From Ostreococcus lucimarinus (lineage: Eukaryota), in NCBI GenBank assembly GCA_000092065.1, contig CP000592.1: a stretch of DNA of 64,000 nucleotides. One strand, given 5' to 3'. Position numbers and translations under genes: made by a program. Shown piece after piece: positions 30,306-40,100 of the stretch. The notes beneath the pieces are model-generated. The model saw only the letters and a list, made by a program, of their open reading frames with translations, did no database searches and had not been told where the DNA came from. The stretch's first letter is position 1. The number at the start of each line of letters is the position of its first letter.

Positions 30306-31105
30306 CGGCGCGCGCGAGCGCGCTCGGCGCGGCGTACGCGTGCGCGGCGGCGCTTTGCGGGATGATGATCGTGTGGATCGCGCGCGCGCCGGGGAGCTGC
30401 GCGCCGGCGTACCTGAGCGCGATGAAGGATGCGTCGTTTCGCGAGGCGAGCGACCGCGCGGTGCCGAGAACGTTGTTGACAAAGTATCAGACGAATTTCG
30501 CGGTGTGCGCGACGCACGTGCTGCCGGCGAGCGCGTGGTGCGCGATCGCGCCGTTTCAAATTCACCCGACGGCGCGAAAGCGGTTTCCGAAGGCACACCG
30601 AATCGCGGGGCGAGTGTTCTTCGCGTTGTCGGCGGCGATGACGTACGGGTACGGCGTCATTCACGCGCGAGATTTACACTTTCACGCGAACGATTTCCCA
30701 TCGCTCAAACGCGAGGAATGCGTGTCATTTTGGTTTGATTACGGCAAGATTCCAGGATTGTCGTTCGTGCGCATCGAGCATCTCGGTGCGGCGTGGTTCG
30801 CGTTCACCGCGTGCGCGGCGTACGCCGCCGTCGCGTTTCCGCCGCGAAATTTCGCCGCGCACCGCGCGTGGACGTGGCGTCACGTCGCCGCCGGTCTCTC
30901 CGTCGCCCTCCAGCGCGTCTTCATCGCGCTCCACCACGTCTACTTCAACGCCGCGCACGGATTCGGCCACGCCCACGGCGTGCCAGAGCTCCAGAAGCCC
31001 ATCTTCGCGGACTCTTTAATCTTCGGCGTCGTCGTCGCCGTCGTCGCGTGCGAATCGTGCGTCGCGCTCGCGCGTCCGCCGCGCGACCGGGCGAAAAAGT
31101 CTTGA
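30302..31105 (+). CDS. Hypothetical multi-pass membrane protein
   Basis: ORF 30197..31105, trimmed to Met30302 (MTARASALGAAYACAAALCGMMIVWIA...). Has 5-6 hydrophobic helices and several His-rich motifs. Its ATG overlaps the stop of the upstream ABA4-like ORF (ATGA). Family not recognised. Confidence 0.4.
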   Translation: MTARASALGAAYACAAALCGMMIVWIARAPGSCAPAYLSAMKDASFREASDRAVPRTLLTKYQTNFAVCATHVLPASAWCAIAPFQIHPTARKRFPKAHRIAGRVFFALSAAMTYGYGVIHARDLHFHANDFPSLKREECVSFWFDYGKIPGLSFVRIEHLGAAWFAFTACAAYAAVAFPPRNFAAHRAWTWRHVAAGLSVALQRVFIALHHVYFNAAHGFGHAHGVPELQKPIFADSLIFGVVVAVVACESCVALARPPRDRAKKS

Positions 31106-31215
31106 CGCGTGTATCACGATTACGAAAAAGTCTTGACGCGTAAACATTACGATGACGATGACGATACGATTACGAAAAAGTCTTGACGCGTAAACATTAC
31201 GATGACGATTACGAT
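31091..31215. repeat. Tandem repeat (about 50-bp unit x2.5) containing ACGATTACGAAAAAGTCTTGACGCGTAAACATTACGATGACGAT
   Basis: GAAAAAGTCTTGACGCGT recurs at 31093, 31124 and 31174. It sits between two convergent gene ends. Confidence 0.8.
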
Positions 31216-31305
31216 GACGTTCGCGACGCGCGCGCGTCCGCGCGTCCGCGCTCGAACTCGAATCCGAGGCGGACGTCCAACCTCCGCGGTGCCCGGTGCC
31301 CGGTT

Positions 31306-31590
31306 TCACGTCCCCGACGATTTCCCGACGCACCAGCACGCCGACGCCGCGACCGCCATCGCCGCGCTTTTGAGCGCCGAGACCGCCGACATCGTCGCCC
31401 CCCACGACTGCAACAGCGCGAACGCGCCGCCCGCCGGTACGAGGCCGCCGTAGAACGCGGACTGCGCCGTCGCCGCGAGCGATCCCGCGGCGACGCCCGC
31501 CTGCGTGAATCCCACGAGCGCGAGCGCGGATTTCAACGCCGCGCCGGCGCTCGCGGCACCGACGGCGACGGCGATGAGCGCGTGTAACAT
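31306..31590 (-). CDS. Ifi-6-16 / ISG12 (IFI27-like) family small hydrophobic protein
   Basis: MLHALIAVAVGAASAGAALKSALALVGFTQAGVAAGSLAATAQSAFYGGLVPAGGAFALLQSWGA aligns well with the IFI27/IFI6 core (GFTGAGIAA.S.AA...S......GG.V.AGSLVATLQS.GA). ORF extends to 31728; start trimmed to Met31590. Confidence 0.6.
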   Translation of the reverse strand: MLHALIAVAVGAASAGAALKSALALVGFTQAGVAAGSLAATAQSAFYGGLVPAGGAFALLQSWGATMSAVSALKSAAMAVAASACWCVGKSSGT

Positions 31591-31741
31591 CGAGCGATCG
31601 CACGCGAGGCGCGCCTTCCGTGAAATCGTCGCGCGCGCGCGTCTTCCGTAAAACCGTCGTCGCTCGCGTCGCGCGCGCCGATCTCGCGACGCGGGCGACA
31701 AAAATTCACCCCCGATTGGCGACATCAAAAATCACCCCCGA

Positions 31742-32116
31742 TTGGCGACATCGCGACGGCCCCGCGCGGTGCTCGACCTCGCCCGCGCACTCGTCGACGC
31801 TCGGCCCATGCCCGTGCGCATACGCCTCGCGCGCGTCGGCGCGAGGAACGCGCCGCGCTACCGCGTCTTCGTCGCGGACTCGCGCGCGCCCAGAGACGGG
31901 AAACACATCGAAATCGTCGGACACTACGACCCGATCGCGCAGAGGGATGGACACAAGCACGTCGGGTTGAACATTGAACGCATCAAGTATTGGTTGTCCG
32001 TCGGCGCGCAGCCGAGCGAGACGGTGGCGAGGTTGTTAGGGCAAGCGGGCGTGATTCCAGCGCTGCCGAGGCGAGGCAGCGCGGCGTCGAGAGGGTTCGC
32101 GGCGAGCGGAGGGTGA
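31742..32116 (+). CDS. RPS16: Organellar-type ribosomal protein S16 (bS16), nuclear-encoded with presequence
   Basis: [40 protein letters not shown]...[24 protein letters not shown] is a canonical bS16 sequence; the N-terminal 22 aa look like a targeting peptide. Confidence 0.85.
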   Translation: MATSRRPRAVLDLARALVDARPMPVRIRLARVGARNAPRYRVFVADSRAPRDGKHIEIVGHYDPIAQRDGHKHVGLNIERIKYWLSVGAQPSETVARLLGQAGVIPALPRRGSAASRGFAASGG

Positions 32117-32257
32117 CGCGCGAACCGCGGAGAGACGCGAAGACGAGACGTAGCTCGGTAGACGGAGTAGAATCATAGACGCTAGAGAAGTGACGAAACA
32201 TGAAAATATCTTCACAAAATCATCAGCGAGCGCTAGGGGTGTGCGCGCGTTCGCTCG

Positions 32258-34537
32258 CTACGACGGCGGCGCGCCGCCGGTGTCGTGCGCGACGCGAAGG
32301 CGAGTCTCGAGTCGCTCGGCGTCCTCGCCGCACGTGTCGAGCAAAGCGTCGCCGTTGAACACCTTGGTGGTGGCGACGACGAAATTGCATCCGCATTCCT
32401 TGGTCTTGGCTAAGTGACGCAGGCACGCGATCTCGGCGTGGGTGACGCCGCCGATGAAGAAAACGAGAACGGTGGGTTTAGGCCAGAGCTCATCCTTGCC
32501 GTCGAGCGGGGCGGCTTTCTCGCGACGCTTGTTGAACTCGCGATAACTCGCCTTGGTGTTCGTCGCGCGTCCATAGTCGTTCTCCGTCTGCGTGTACTCG
32601 AACGTGTCTCCGGGTAAATGCTTCAGCACGTCCTCTCCGGTGTTGTTCGGGGCGATGGTCTTCCACGGCCCTCGCGTCGCCGCCTCGGCGATGCGACAGC
32701 TGAGCGGCGCGTAGCCCGACGAAGAGTAGGCAAACGTGATGTCTTTCGGCTCTTCGGAGCCATCGACACCGTCGGCGACGAGTTTGAGTGGCTTTCGCAC
32801 CTGAGCGAAACCTCTCGGCCGTTTCTTCGCCGCTTCACGATCGACAAACAAAGCCGCGGTTTCGAGCGCGAGGAGCTTGAGCATAATCTCCGGTCCAAAC
32901 GCGTTGAACATGTCGGAGAATAGCTTTTCGTGTACTTTCGGCGGAAATCCGTTGAAACATATGCACGCGAGCACGATCATGCGTAAACACGGCACGGCTT
33001 CGTCGCCGCGGTAAATCATCGTCTCGATGTGCTCGATGACTTTCTTCAAATCTTCCCCTTCCACGCACAAACGCTCGCACTCGAGGCGGTCTTGGAACCA
33101 AATCTTCTTCGTGCAGTCGATCAAGTACTTGGCGAGCGTGGCGTGCAAATCTAAGCCCGTGCCCCCGATGTTGGCTTTAATCTTCTTCACGAAATCGCCG
33201 ATTTCGCTCACGTGTTGATCCTCGACGTTGGACCCCTTAATCGCGGCGTAATCCTCCTTAATCGCCGTCGCGAGGTCGCGAATGACGTTGCACGCTCGCC
33301 CAAAGTTCAAATCGCGAATTTCATCAAACAACTTGTCGGTGTTGTTGAGTTTTGGCCGCATCGCGATCTCGCCAGCCTTGTGCGCTCGCGCGCGAACGGG
33401 CATCTTGCCTCGTTGCTCCTCCGGCAGATTCGCTTCCGCCTCTCTCGCCTTTCTTTCCCTCGTCTCCTCGTCTTCAAACGCGCGTTTGGGAATCGCTACC
33501 GCGCCTTTTTCGATGCCTAAAATCTCATCGATCAACCCCTCGTACGTGAGCTGCGTGCACAGCGGGGTCACCATGTCCACGTCTCGATCGATCAAAACTA
33601 TCATATCTATCAGAGAATCTCCATCAACGCCCGGTTCGACGTGCTCGGGTTCGTCGTCCGCCTGTCCGCCGAGACGAAGCTCGAGCATCAACTGCGCGAC
33701 TTTGTGCGCGATTTCGCCCTTTCCCTTGACGACGTGCGCGAGGCCGGTGACGTCGCGCTGAAGCTTGTGCAACGCCGCGGCGACGTAATACGTGCACGCG
33801 TGCCACTCCTCGGTGACGATTTCGCTGTAGCACTCCGGATACTCGAGCGTGAAAACGTCCGGTTCCACGGGAATCAAGTGCGCGTCGCACGACGTCATCT
33901 CCACGTATTCGAGCGCGTGCAACTCTCGCAGCGCGTCTTCGCACATCGCCGTCGCGCGCGGCACGCACACGACGCACATCTTCGGCAGCGGCGGCACTTC
34001 TGAAAACGCATCCATCGCCGCGTCACCGCTCGCCCGGTCCCTACTCGCGCTCTCGCTCTTCCCCATCGCCCCGCTCGCGACGCGCGTCAACAGACTCGCC
34101 GCCGCGTCTCTCGCGCTCGTTTTCGTTCGGTTCGCGTTCGCCGCTCTTCGCGCGCGCTCGCGCAGCGCGCGCTCCCGGCGATCTCGCACCCCCCGGACGT
34201 GCTCCGCGATCGTCACCATCGCGCTCAACTGCGGACGCACCGCGAACGCGACCGCGTCCGCGTCGTCCTCCGCCGGCAGCTCGCCCCGCGGCTCCAACGC
34301 GTAAAACCTCCGCACGCGCGCCTCGTCTCGCAATCGCCGCGCGACGTCCCGCGTGCACCGCACGAGTCCATTCGCGACGGCGCCGTCCATCGCCAGCGCG
34401 ACGGCGCCGTCGCCGCCGCGCCTCGACAGCGACGCGATCGCCGTCACCAGGGCGTCGCGATTGCGCGCGTCGAGCGTCGACGCGATGGCGCTCGCGGAGA
34501 GCTCGGACAGCACGCGCGTCGACGCGTGAGACGTCAT
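32258..34537 (-). CDS. VPS33: Sec1/Munc18-family protein, VPS33-like
   Basis: Sec1-family blocks (KMCVVCVPRATAMCEDALREL..., DSLIDMIVLIDRDVDMVTPLCTQLTYEGLIDEILGI, LVFFIGGVTHAEIACLRHL). ORF runs to 35251 through about 240 codons of poly-Ser/Pro/Arg spacer read-through; start trimmed to Met34537. Confidence 0.7.
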   Translation of the reverse strand: MTSHASTRVLSELSASAIASTLDARNRDALVTAIASLSRRGGDGAVALAMDGAVANGLVRCTRDVARRLRDEARVRRFYALEPRGELPAEDDADAVAFAVRPQLSAMVTIAEHVRGVRDRRERALRERARRAANANRTKTSARDAAASLLTRVASGAMGKSESASRDRASGDAAMDAFSEVPPLPKMCVVCVPRATAMCEDALRELHALEYVEMTSCDAHLIPVEPDVFTLEYPECYSEIVTEEWHACTYYVAAALHKLQRDVTGLAHVVKGKGEIAHKVAQLMLELRLGGQADDEPEHVEPGVDGDSLIDMIVLIDRDVDMVTPLCTQLTYEGLIDEILGIEKGAVAIPKRAFEDEETRERKAREAEANLPEEQRGKMPVRARAHKAGEIAMRPKLNNTDKLFDEIRDLNFGRACNVIRDLATAIKEDYAAIKGSNVEDQHVSEIGDFVKKIKANIGGTGLDLHATLAKYLIDCTKKIWFQDRLECERLCVEGEDLKKVIEHIETMIYRGDEAVPCLRMIVLACICFNGFPPKVHEKLFSDMFNAFGPEIMLKLLALETAALFVDREAAKKRPRGFAQVRKPLKLVADGVDGSEEPKDITFAYSSSGYAPLSCRIAEAATRGPWKTIAPNNTGEDVLKHLPGDTFEYTQTENDYGRATNTKASYREFNKRREKAAPLDGKDELWPKPTVLVFFIGGVTHAEIACLRHLAKTKECGCNFVVATTKVFNGDALLDTCGEDAERLETRLRVAHDTGGAPPS

Positions 34538-34886
34538 CGCGCGCGCGCTCGACGACGGTCCGCGCGCGCGCGCGTCGCGATGCCGTCGCGAGTGATGACG
34601 GGCGGCGGCGCGCGGTCGCGCGACGGCACTCGTCGCCGCGCGCGCGCGTCGATCGCGTCGATCGCGGCGACGCGCGCGACGATCGATCCGCGTCCCGAAC
34701 GCGCGCGCGTCGCGGCCGCCGATGGACGGCGCGCGCGCCGGCGGCGGCGGCGGCGGCGGCGCCGAGGTCGTCGAGCGATTGCGACGCGCCGTCGAGGCGA
34801 GCGCGCGCGCGCGTCGACAGGGCGAGGGCGGATCGCGCGCGCTGACGGAATCGAGCGCGGCGCGCCTGCGCGCGGTGCGGAGGAAG
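34538..34886. promoter_or_regulatory. Putative bidirectional promoter between VPS33 (-) and RRP6 (+), containing (GGC)n and (GAA)9 microsatellites
   Basis: Head-to-head gene pair. The spacer is almost pure CG with GGCGGCGGC (34738..34760) and GAAGAAGAA (34954..34980) runs. Inference only. Confidence 0.3.
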
Positions 34887-37118
34887 ATGGCGCGCGCGAC
34901 GGCGGCGCTCGTCGGCGGCGGCTGGGACGCGCGCGCGCGAGACGACGACGGCGAAGAAGAAGAAGAAGAAGAAGAAGAAGCGTCGGATTCGGCGTCGGAT
35001 GCGGCGGCGGACGCGGAGGAGAGGTTTCGCGACGTGCGAGACGCGATCGACGCGCGGTGCGATGCGATCGACGCGGCGGTGATGGAGGCGCGAGGGGACG
35101 GGGACGGCGACGGCGACGGCGACTGGGACGAAGGCGCGGCGACGACGACGGCGACGAAGAGACGAACGACGCGACACGACGCCACGCTCGCGAGACCGCA
35201 GGAATCGTTCGAAGACGCGGTGGATAATCGAAGGGAAAACGTCGCGCACAATGGTTCGCGGAAACCGGTCGGGTACGAGAGTTACGAGGCGTTCGCGACG
35301 TTCGCGAAGCGGCGCGACGAGTATCCGGAATTTATTCTCCGAAGCGGACCGGCGACGCTGCCGACGCCCATGGACGAAGACCACGCGCTCCAAGTCGTGG
35401 AGACGGTGGATGCGTTGGAAGAGCTCGCGGCGCACTTGGAAGAGTGCAAAGAGTTCGCGGTCGATCTCGAGCATCACTCGTATCGGTCGTTTAAGGGATT
35501 TACGTGTTTGATGCAAATAAGCACGCGCGAGAGAGATTTCGTCGTCGACGTCTTGGCGCTTCGCTCGCACGTGCGCGACGCGCTCGGGAAGGCGTTCGCG
35601 GACGCTGATAAGCTCAAAGTGATGCACGGCGCCGATAACGACGTGCAGTGGCTTCAAAAAGATTTCGGAATGTTCGTCTCGTGCTTGTTCGACACCGGTC
35701 AAGCCGCTCGCGTGCTCGAGTTGCCGAGCAAAGGTTTGGCGTACCTGCTGCACCACTACTGCGGTATCAAGGCAAACAAGCGGTTTCAGCTCGCTGATTG
35801 GCGTCTGCGTCCGCTGACGAAAGAGATGGTGGAGTACGCGCGCGGAGACACCCATCACTTGTTGTACGTGCACGACAGGTTGAAGGAGGCGCTTCGCGCG
35901 CGCTCGGAAGATTCAATCGCCGAGACGCTCGCGCGCAGTCGCGACGTGTGCTTTAAACGATACGTCCCGCCCTCGTTTGACGACGGCGCGTATTACGAAG
36001 ATTTGCTCAAGACGGATAACTTGAAGGAGCTGAGCGAGCCGCAGTTGGCCGTGTACGCGGCGTTGTTCGACTGGCGCGATCGCGCGGCGCGAGACGCGGA
36101 CGAAAGTTTGGGGTACGTCTTGCCCCGCGCGCTCATGCTTCGCTTGGCGCTCACGGTGCCGTCTACAACGCGCGCACTTTTGGCGGAATGTCGCGGCGAA
36201 GCACCGCTCGTGGCGAAACATGCCGCGCAAGTGGCGGATTTGATTTCTCGCGCGCACGCCGTCGGCGCGCCGAGTTTCAAGCCAAACGGCGCGGAGGCGC
36301 CGGAGGGCGCCGTCCCTGAAGTCGTCGTCGCCGCGCGACCCGCTGTCGAACGCGACGCGCTCACGAACGAGCTCACGTCGACCGCGGCGGCGCTCCCAGC
36401 GCAAGAGCGCGTCTTGGCACCCGTATCCGCGGCGGCGACGACGACGAAGCGCAAGCGCGGATCGATGGCGTCGCTCATGGGAGGCGCGAAGTCATCCCAC
36501 GCGAGCGCGTCGACGATGATTCCGATGGCGCAAATATTCGACGTGTGGGGCAACGATGCGGAACCCGCAGTCGCGCCGCCGGTGAACGACTCGACGATCG
36601 CCGTGGATGCGGCGACGACGAACGCCGCGTCCAAGGCGTCTGAACGCGTCGTCGAACGTCGCGCGGCTCGAGAGGAAATCGAGCTTCCGGGAGGCGTTCG
36701 CGTTCCGGCACCCTTGCGTAAGGTGGACAAACACTTGCCATTTGTCATACCCACCAACGAGATGTCGCGCGCGGATGAAGCCGCGAGCGCGCGCGCCGAA
36801 CTTGCAGCGCGGCGCGCCGAGACGATGCGCGGTTACGAAAGCACCGATAGCGACGACGATGAAGACGAAATCACAGAGGAGATGAAGAGAGATGCGCAAG
36901 ATTTTGATTTGGACGCATCACGTAAAACGTTCGCGTCGCTCGCGAAGGAAAAGTTTGGCATGACCGGCACAGATTTGCTCTTTAAACCGATCGAAGTCGA
37001 AAAGAAGCGGGGCTTCAATCAGCGCTTCAAGGCGGCGTACGACGAACCGTTCAAAGCGGGACCGAAGAGTAAATCGTTCCCTCGTTCGGGCAATCGAAAC
37101 ACAACGTTTCAAAATTAG
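34722..37118 (+). CDS. RRP6: Exosome 3'-5' exoribonuclease RRP6 (DEDDy exonuclease + HRDC domain)
   Basis: Exonuclease motifs FAVDLEHHSYRSFKGFTCLMQIST, MHGADNDVQWLQKDFG and YARGDTHHLLYVHDRL. HRDC block LSEPQLAVYAALFDWRDRAARDADESLGYVLPRALMLRLA. True start may be Met34887 or later; the N-terminus is low complexity. Confidence 0.8.
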   Translation: MDGARAGGGGGGGAEVVERLRRAVEASARARRQGEGGSRALTESSAARLRAVRRKMARATAALVGGGWDARARDDDGEEEEEEEEEASDSASDAAADAEERFRDVRDAIDARCDAIDAAVMEARGDGDGDGDGDWDEGAATTTATKRRTTRHDATLARPQESFEDAVDNRRENVAHNGSRKPVGYESYEAFATFAKRRDEYPEFILRSGPATLPTPMDEDHALQVVETVDALEELAAHLEECKEFAVDLEHHSYRSFKGFTCLMQISTRERDFVVDVLALRSHVRDALGKAFADADKLKVMHGADNDVQWLQKDFGMFVSCLFDTGQAARVLELPSKGLAYLLHHYCGIKANKRFQLADWRLRPLTKEMVEYARGDTHHLLYVHDRLKEALRARSEDSIAETLARSRDVCFKRYVPPSFDDGAYYEDLLKTDNLKELSEPQLAVYAALFDWRDRAARDADESLGYVLPRALMLRLALTVPSTTRALLAECRGEAPLVAKHAAQVADLISRAHAVGAPSFKPNGAEAPEGAVPEVVVAARPAVERDALTNELTSTAAALPAQERVLAPVSAAATTTKRKRGSMASLMGGAKSSHASASTMIPMAQIFDVWGNDAEPAVAPPVNDSTIAVDAATTNAASKASERVVERRAAREEIELPGGVRVPAPLRKVDKHLPFVIPTNEMSRADEAASARAELAARRAETMRGYESTDSDDDEDEITEEMKRDAQDFDLDASRKTFASLAKEKFGMTGTDLLFKPIEVEKKRGFNQRFKAAYDEPFKAGPKSKSFPRSGNRNTTFQN

Positions 37119-37183
37119 CGCGCGCTTGGGCGACGGCGGCTGTATTCTTTTAGAATTTGTATATTTTACACTTTGAGATGGCA

Positions 37184-40100
37184 TCAGTACAACTGCACGG
37201 AGTCGCGCGTATTCGACGAGCTAAACGCTTGAAGCTTGGCCACGGACGAAGGTGGTTCTACGTCCTTGTCCTGCACGTCGTGCACGAGGAACTCACGAAT
37301 AATATCCTGAATTTTATCGCTCACGATATCCACGGCGGCACTCGCCAGCACGCGCTTGTGCCATGTGGAATTCGTCCGCAAATCCTCCTCGTAAAACGCC
37401 AAGCACTCGGCGCCGATGGAGTCCCACAATCCTCGAAGAACACCCACCATGGCGCGTCGCTGCGGCAGCTTCTTGTCCAGTGAAACCTTGATACCATCGA
37501 TGTACGCGAGCACCGGAGCGACGACGGGTTCGACCTCTTGCTTCGGCTTCGCCTTGCACAGCTTCTCCCGCAACGACGGGCCGCAGCTGTACACGCCGTG
37601 TACCGCGCGTCGCAAGTAGCCGTTGTAGTGCGCGCGCAACTCGCCGAGCGTTTCCGTCAAGCCGTGCCCGAGCTCATCTGCACCGGCACTACCGCCGTTC
37701 ACCGCCCAAGTCATCAAACGCTGCCCGACTTTTTCTTCGTCGGCTCTACGAATCTCCATCGACTTGAGCGCGTTGAGCGCCGCGGCGAGCGCCGGAGGAA
37801 TGCCATTGTGCGCGGCGTCTCCTCGACTCAGACGTTTCGACACTTGCTGCGACACTTGCTGCGTTCGTTTAGCGACAGACGCCACACCGTCCTTCATGCT
37901 CCCGAACTTGTTCATCCAGTTGCCCTTGGCGCGCAAAGTCGGCTTCGACGACTTTCCGTCGCCGTCTTCCTTGTTCGCGATGCCGACGTGCAAGTGTTCG
38001 ACCGACTCGGCGATTTGCTTGATGAGCAAGCGCTCGGCGCTGACGAGAACCCTTTCAAGTGCGAGCGCTTGATCGGGCCAACGCGTGACTATGCGCTCGA
38101 AACCGTGCAAAGCATCGTTCATGGCGATGTAAGCCTCCTCGATGGCTGGGCCGACGATGCCCTTCGTGGTGAGCACCGCGACGCATCGCACCTCGAGACG
38201 CCTCTGTGCCGCCGTGATCCAGCCATCGATGTGCGGCTGGAAGATTTTACGCGTGTCGAGCTTGGGTGCACCCATTCTTTGACCATCCTTTTCCTCTATA
38301 GACGCCGAAGCTTGAAGATTGCACGATCTCTCGATGCAGTCCAACACATCCGTCGACGGCGGTCCGGAGGGAGGGCACGCGTCCAACGCGTCCTTGAACG
38401 TCGCCGCAACTTCCGTGCAATACATATCCGCCGAAAGAGCGGGCAAGGAGAATCCACCTGGAAACTCGGAAGCGCTCTGAATCACTCTGTCCGTCTCCAA
38501 CTCGTTCTTGAGCGCCACGCACAATTCTCCGATGGCGACGTACAGCTGCGTGACGAGATCCTTGTTGTTCACCGCCAATTTTCGCTTTTCGTTCACGAGA
38601 ACCGCCTTATTCTTCTTGAAGCATGCTCGCGCGGCGCTGGTGATGTTTTCTGTGAGGATCTCGAGCGCTCCACTCGAGCTCGGATCGCGCTGAAGCGCCT
38701 TGAACAACTCCAAGGAGACGTCGAGCGCGGGCGCGGGGACGATGGGCGGTATGCTTTCGGTGATGCCTCTAAACTCGCTCTCGTCCAATGACTTGTAGTT
38801 TGCGAGACACACGCACACGAGAGTCATGACGGCGGAGCGAATGCCGTTGAGCATCTGCCCTTCCGTAGAACCGAGCGAACCATCGGCTTGACGCCGCAAC
38901 GCCAACTTCAAGTGATCTCTAATCAGCGATAAACAATCCGCCGTCGGCGTGGCCACGGCTAACAAGTGCTGGATGTATCGCAACGATGTGTACGTTTCCG
39001 ACACACCGTGCCCTTTCGCGAGTTCGTCGAGCAAAGTTTGCCATTGACCGTGAATTGTCAATCGACGTCGCGTGAAACCGAGCGCGCGCAGCGCGGCGCC
39101 GAGGGCGAAATCGTACGCCGCCTGAGGCGTGAGCACGTGACTCGCCTCGGCCCAACCCTGCATCGAGCGGTCAGGCGCCGTGCCTGCGCCCGGCGGTGCC
39201 GACATCAGACCCGCACCGACCGCAGCTTCGAACACGGCGCTTAAACTCACCGTCCCTTTCTCGTACTTGTGCGTGTACGCGGCGGCTTGTTCCGTCGCCG
39301 GCATCTCCACCTCGAGCTCCAACGGCAGTTCGACGACTCCAGCTTCGGCTCTCTTGCAGAGCTGATCCAACGCGATTTGCGCCGTGGCGACTTTTGAGCC
39401 ATCAGATTTGAGCGGCACTTCGATGATAAACTCTTTGTCCCCTGGTCCCAGAGCCAAGCGCACCGCAGGTTGCTTGACGGCGATTTCCGCGCACACCTCG
39501 GCGCTGCCCGGGCCACCCTCCGTGCGAACAATCATGTGCTGACCACGCGCTTCAGTCGGGCGTTGCCAACCGTGCTCGCGCGGATCCCAACCTTTGGTGA
39601 ACTTTTTCAAACCACGATCGATGATTTCAACGTCCATGACGGCGATGGTGATGGCGGCCCAGCGCACGCCGCCCGCGCCCGGGCCGACGCCTCGCGTCGA
39701 TTCCGCTCGGCGCATCTTCTCCGGCGTCACGCGAGTTTTCGGTTCAGGCGACCTTCCCTCGTCCGAGTGCACGCCAACTAGAACATTGTCCAAACCGAAC
39801 GCCCGACGAAGCTCAGCGCAGCGTTCATTGAGGAAAAACAAACACGTATCCATGTCGAATCGTCGCTGCGCCGTGAACGATCCGAGCGAGCCTTCGAGAC
39901 AGCTTTGCACGCACGCTTCGTACGCGAGAAGCCGCGCGCGCTCTTCACCGCGCCACATGCCGAGATAACACTCGCCTTTCGGGGGAAGCTCGGGTCCGGG
40001 GCACACGTACGCTCGACCTTCATCGGTATCCGCTCGCAGCGGTCCGTTTGTTGCCGATAAAATCGCCGTCGGCGAACCAAACGCGACGTTCGCCGCCGTC

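Noticed and set aside
29175-30664. ORFs 29175..30125 -, 29386..30132 +, 29789..30664 -, 30129..30596 - around the ABA4-like gene
   Set aside because: Arg-rich (RRRRR) translations of the CG-rich spacer. The 29781..30305 + frame is the only one with a conserved family motif.
34041-35873. 610-aa minus-strand ORF and 342-aa plus ORF (34199..35227) across the VPS33/RRP6 promoter region
   Set aside because: Pure low-complexity (poly-R, poly-F from the GAA repeat, poly-A/G); they span the divergent promoter and the start of RRP6 in wrong frames.
37538-38791. 417-aa plus-strand ORF antisense to the large 37184..40843 gene
   Set aside because: Antisense artefact; composition Arg/Leu-rich without motif. 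The minus-strand frame is continuous over 4.5 kb.
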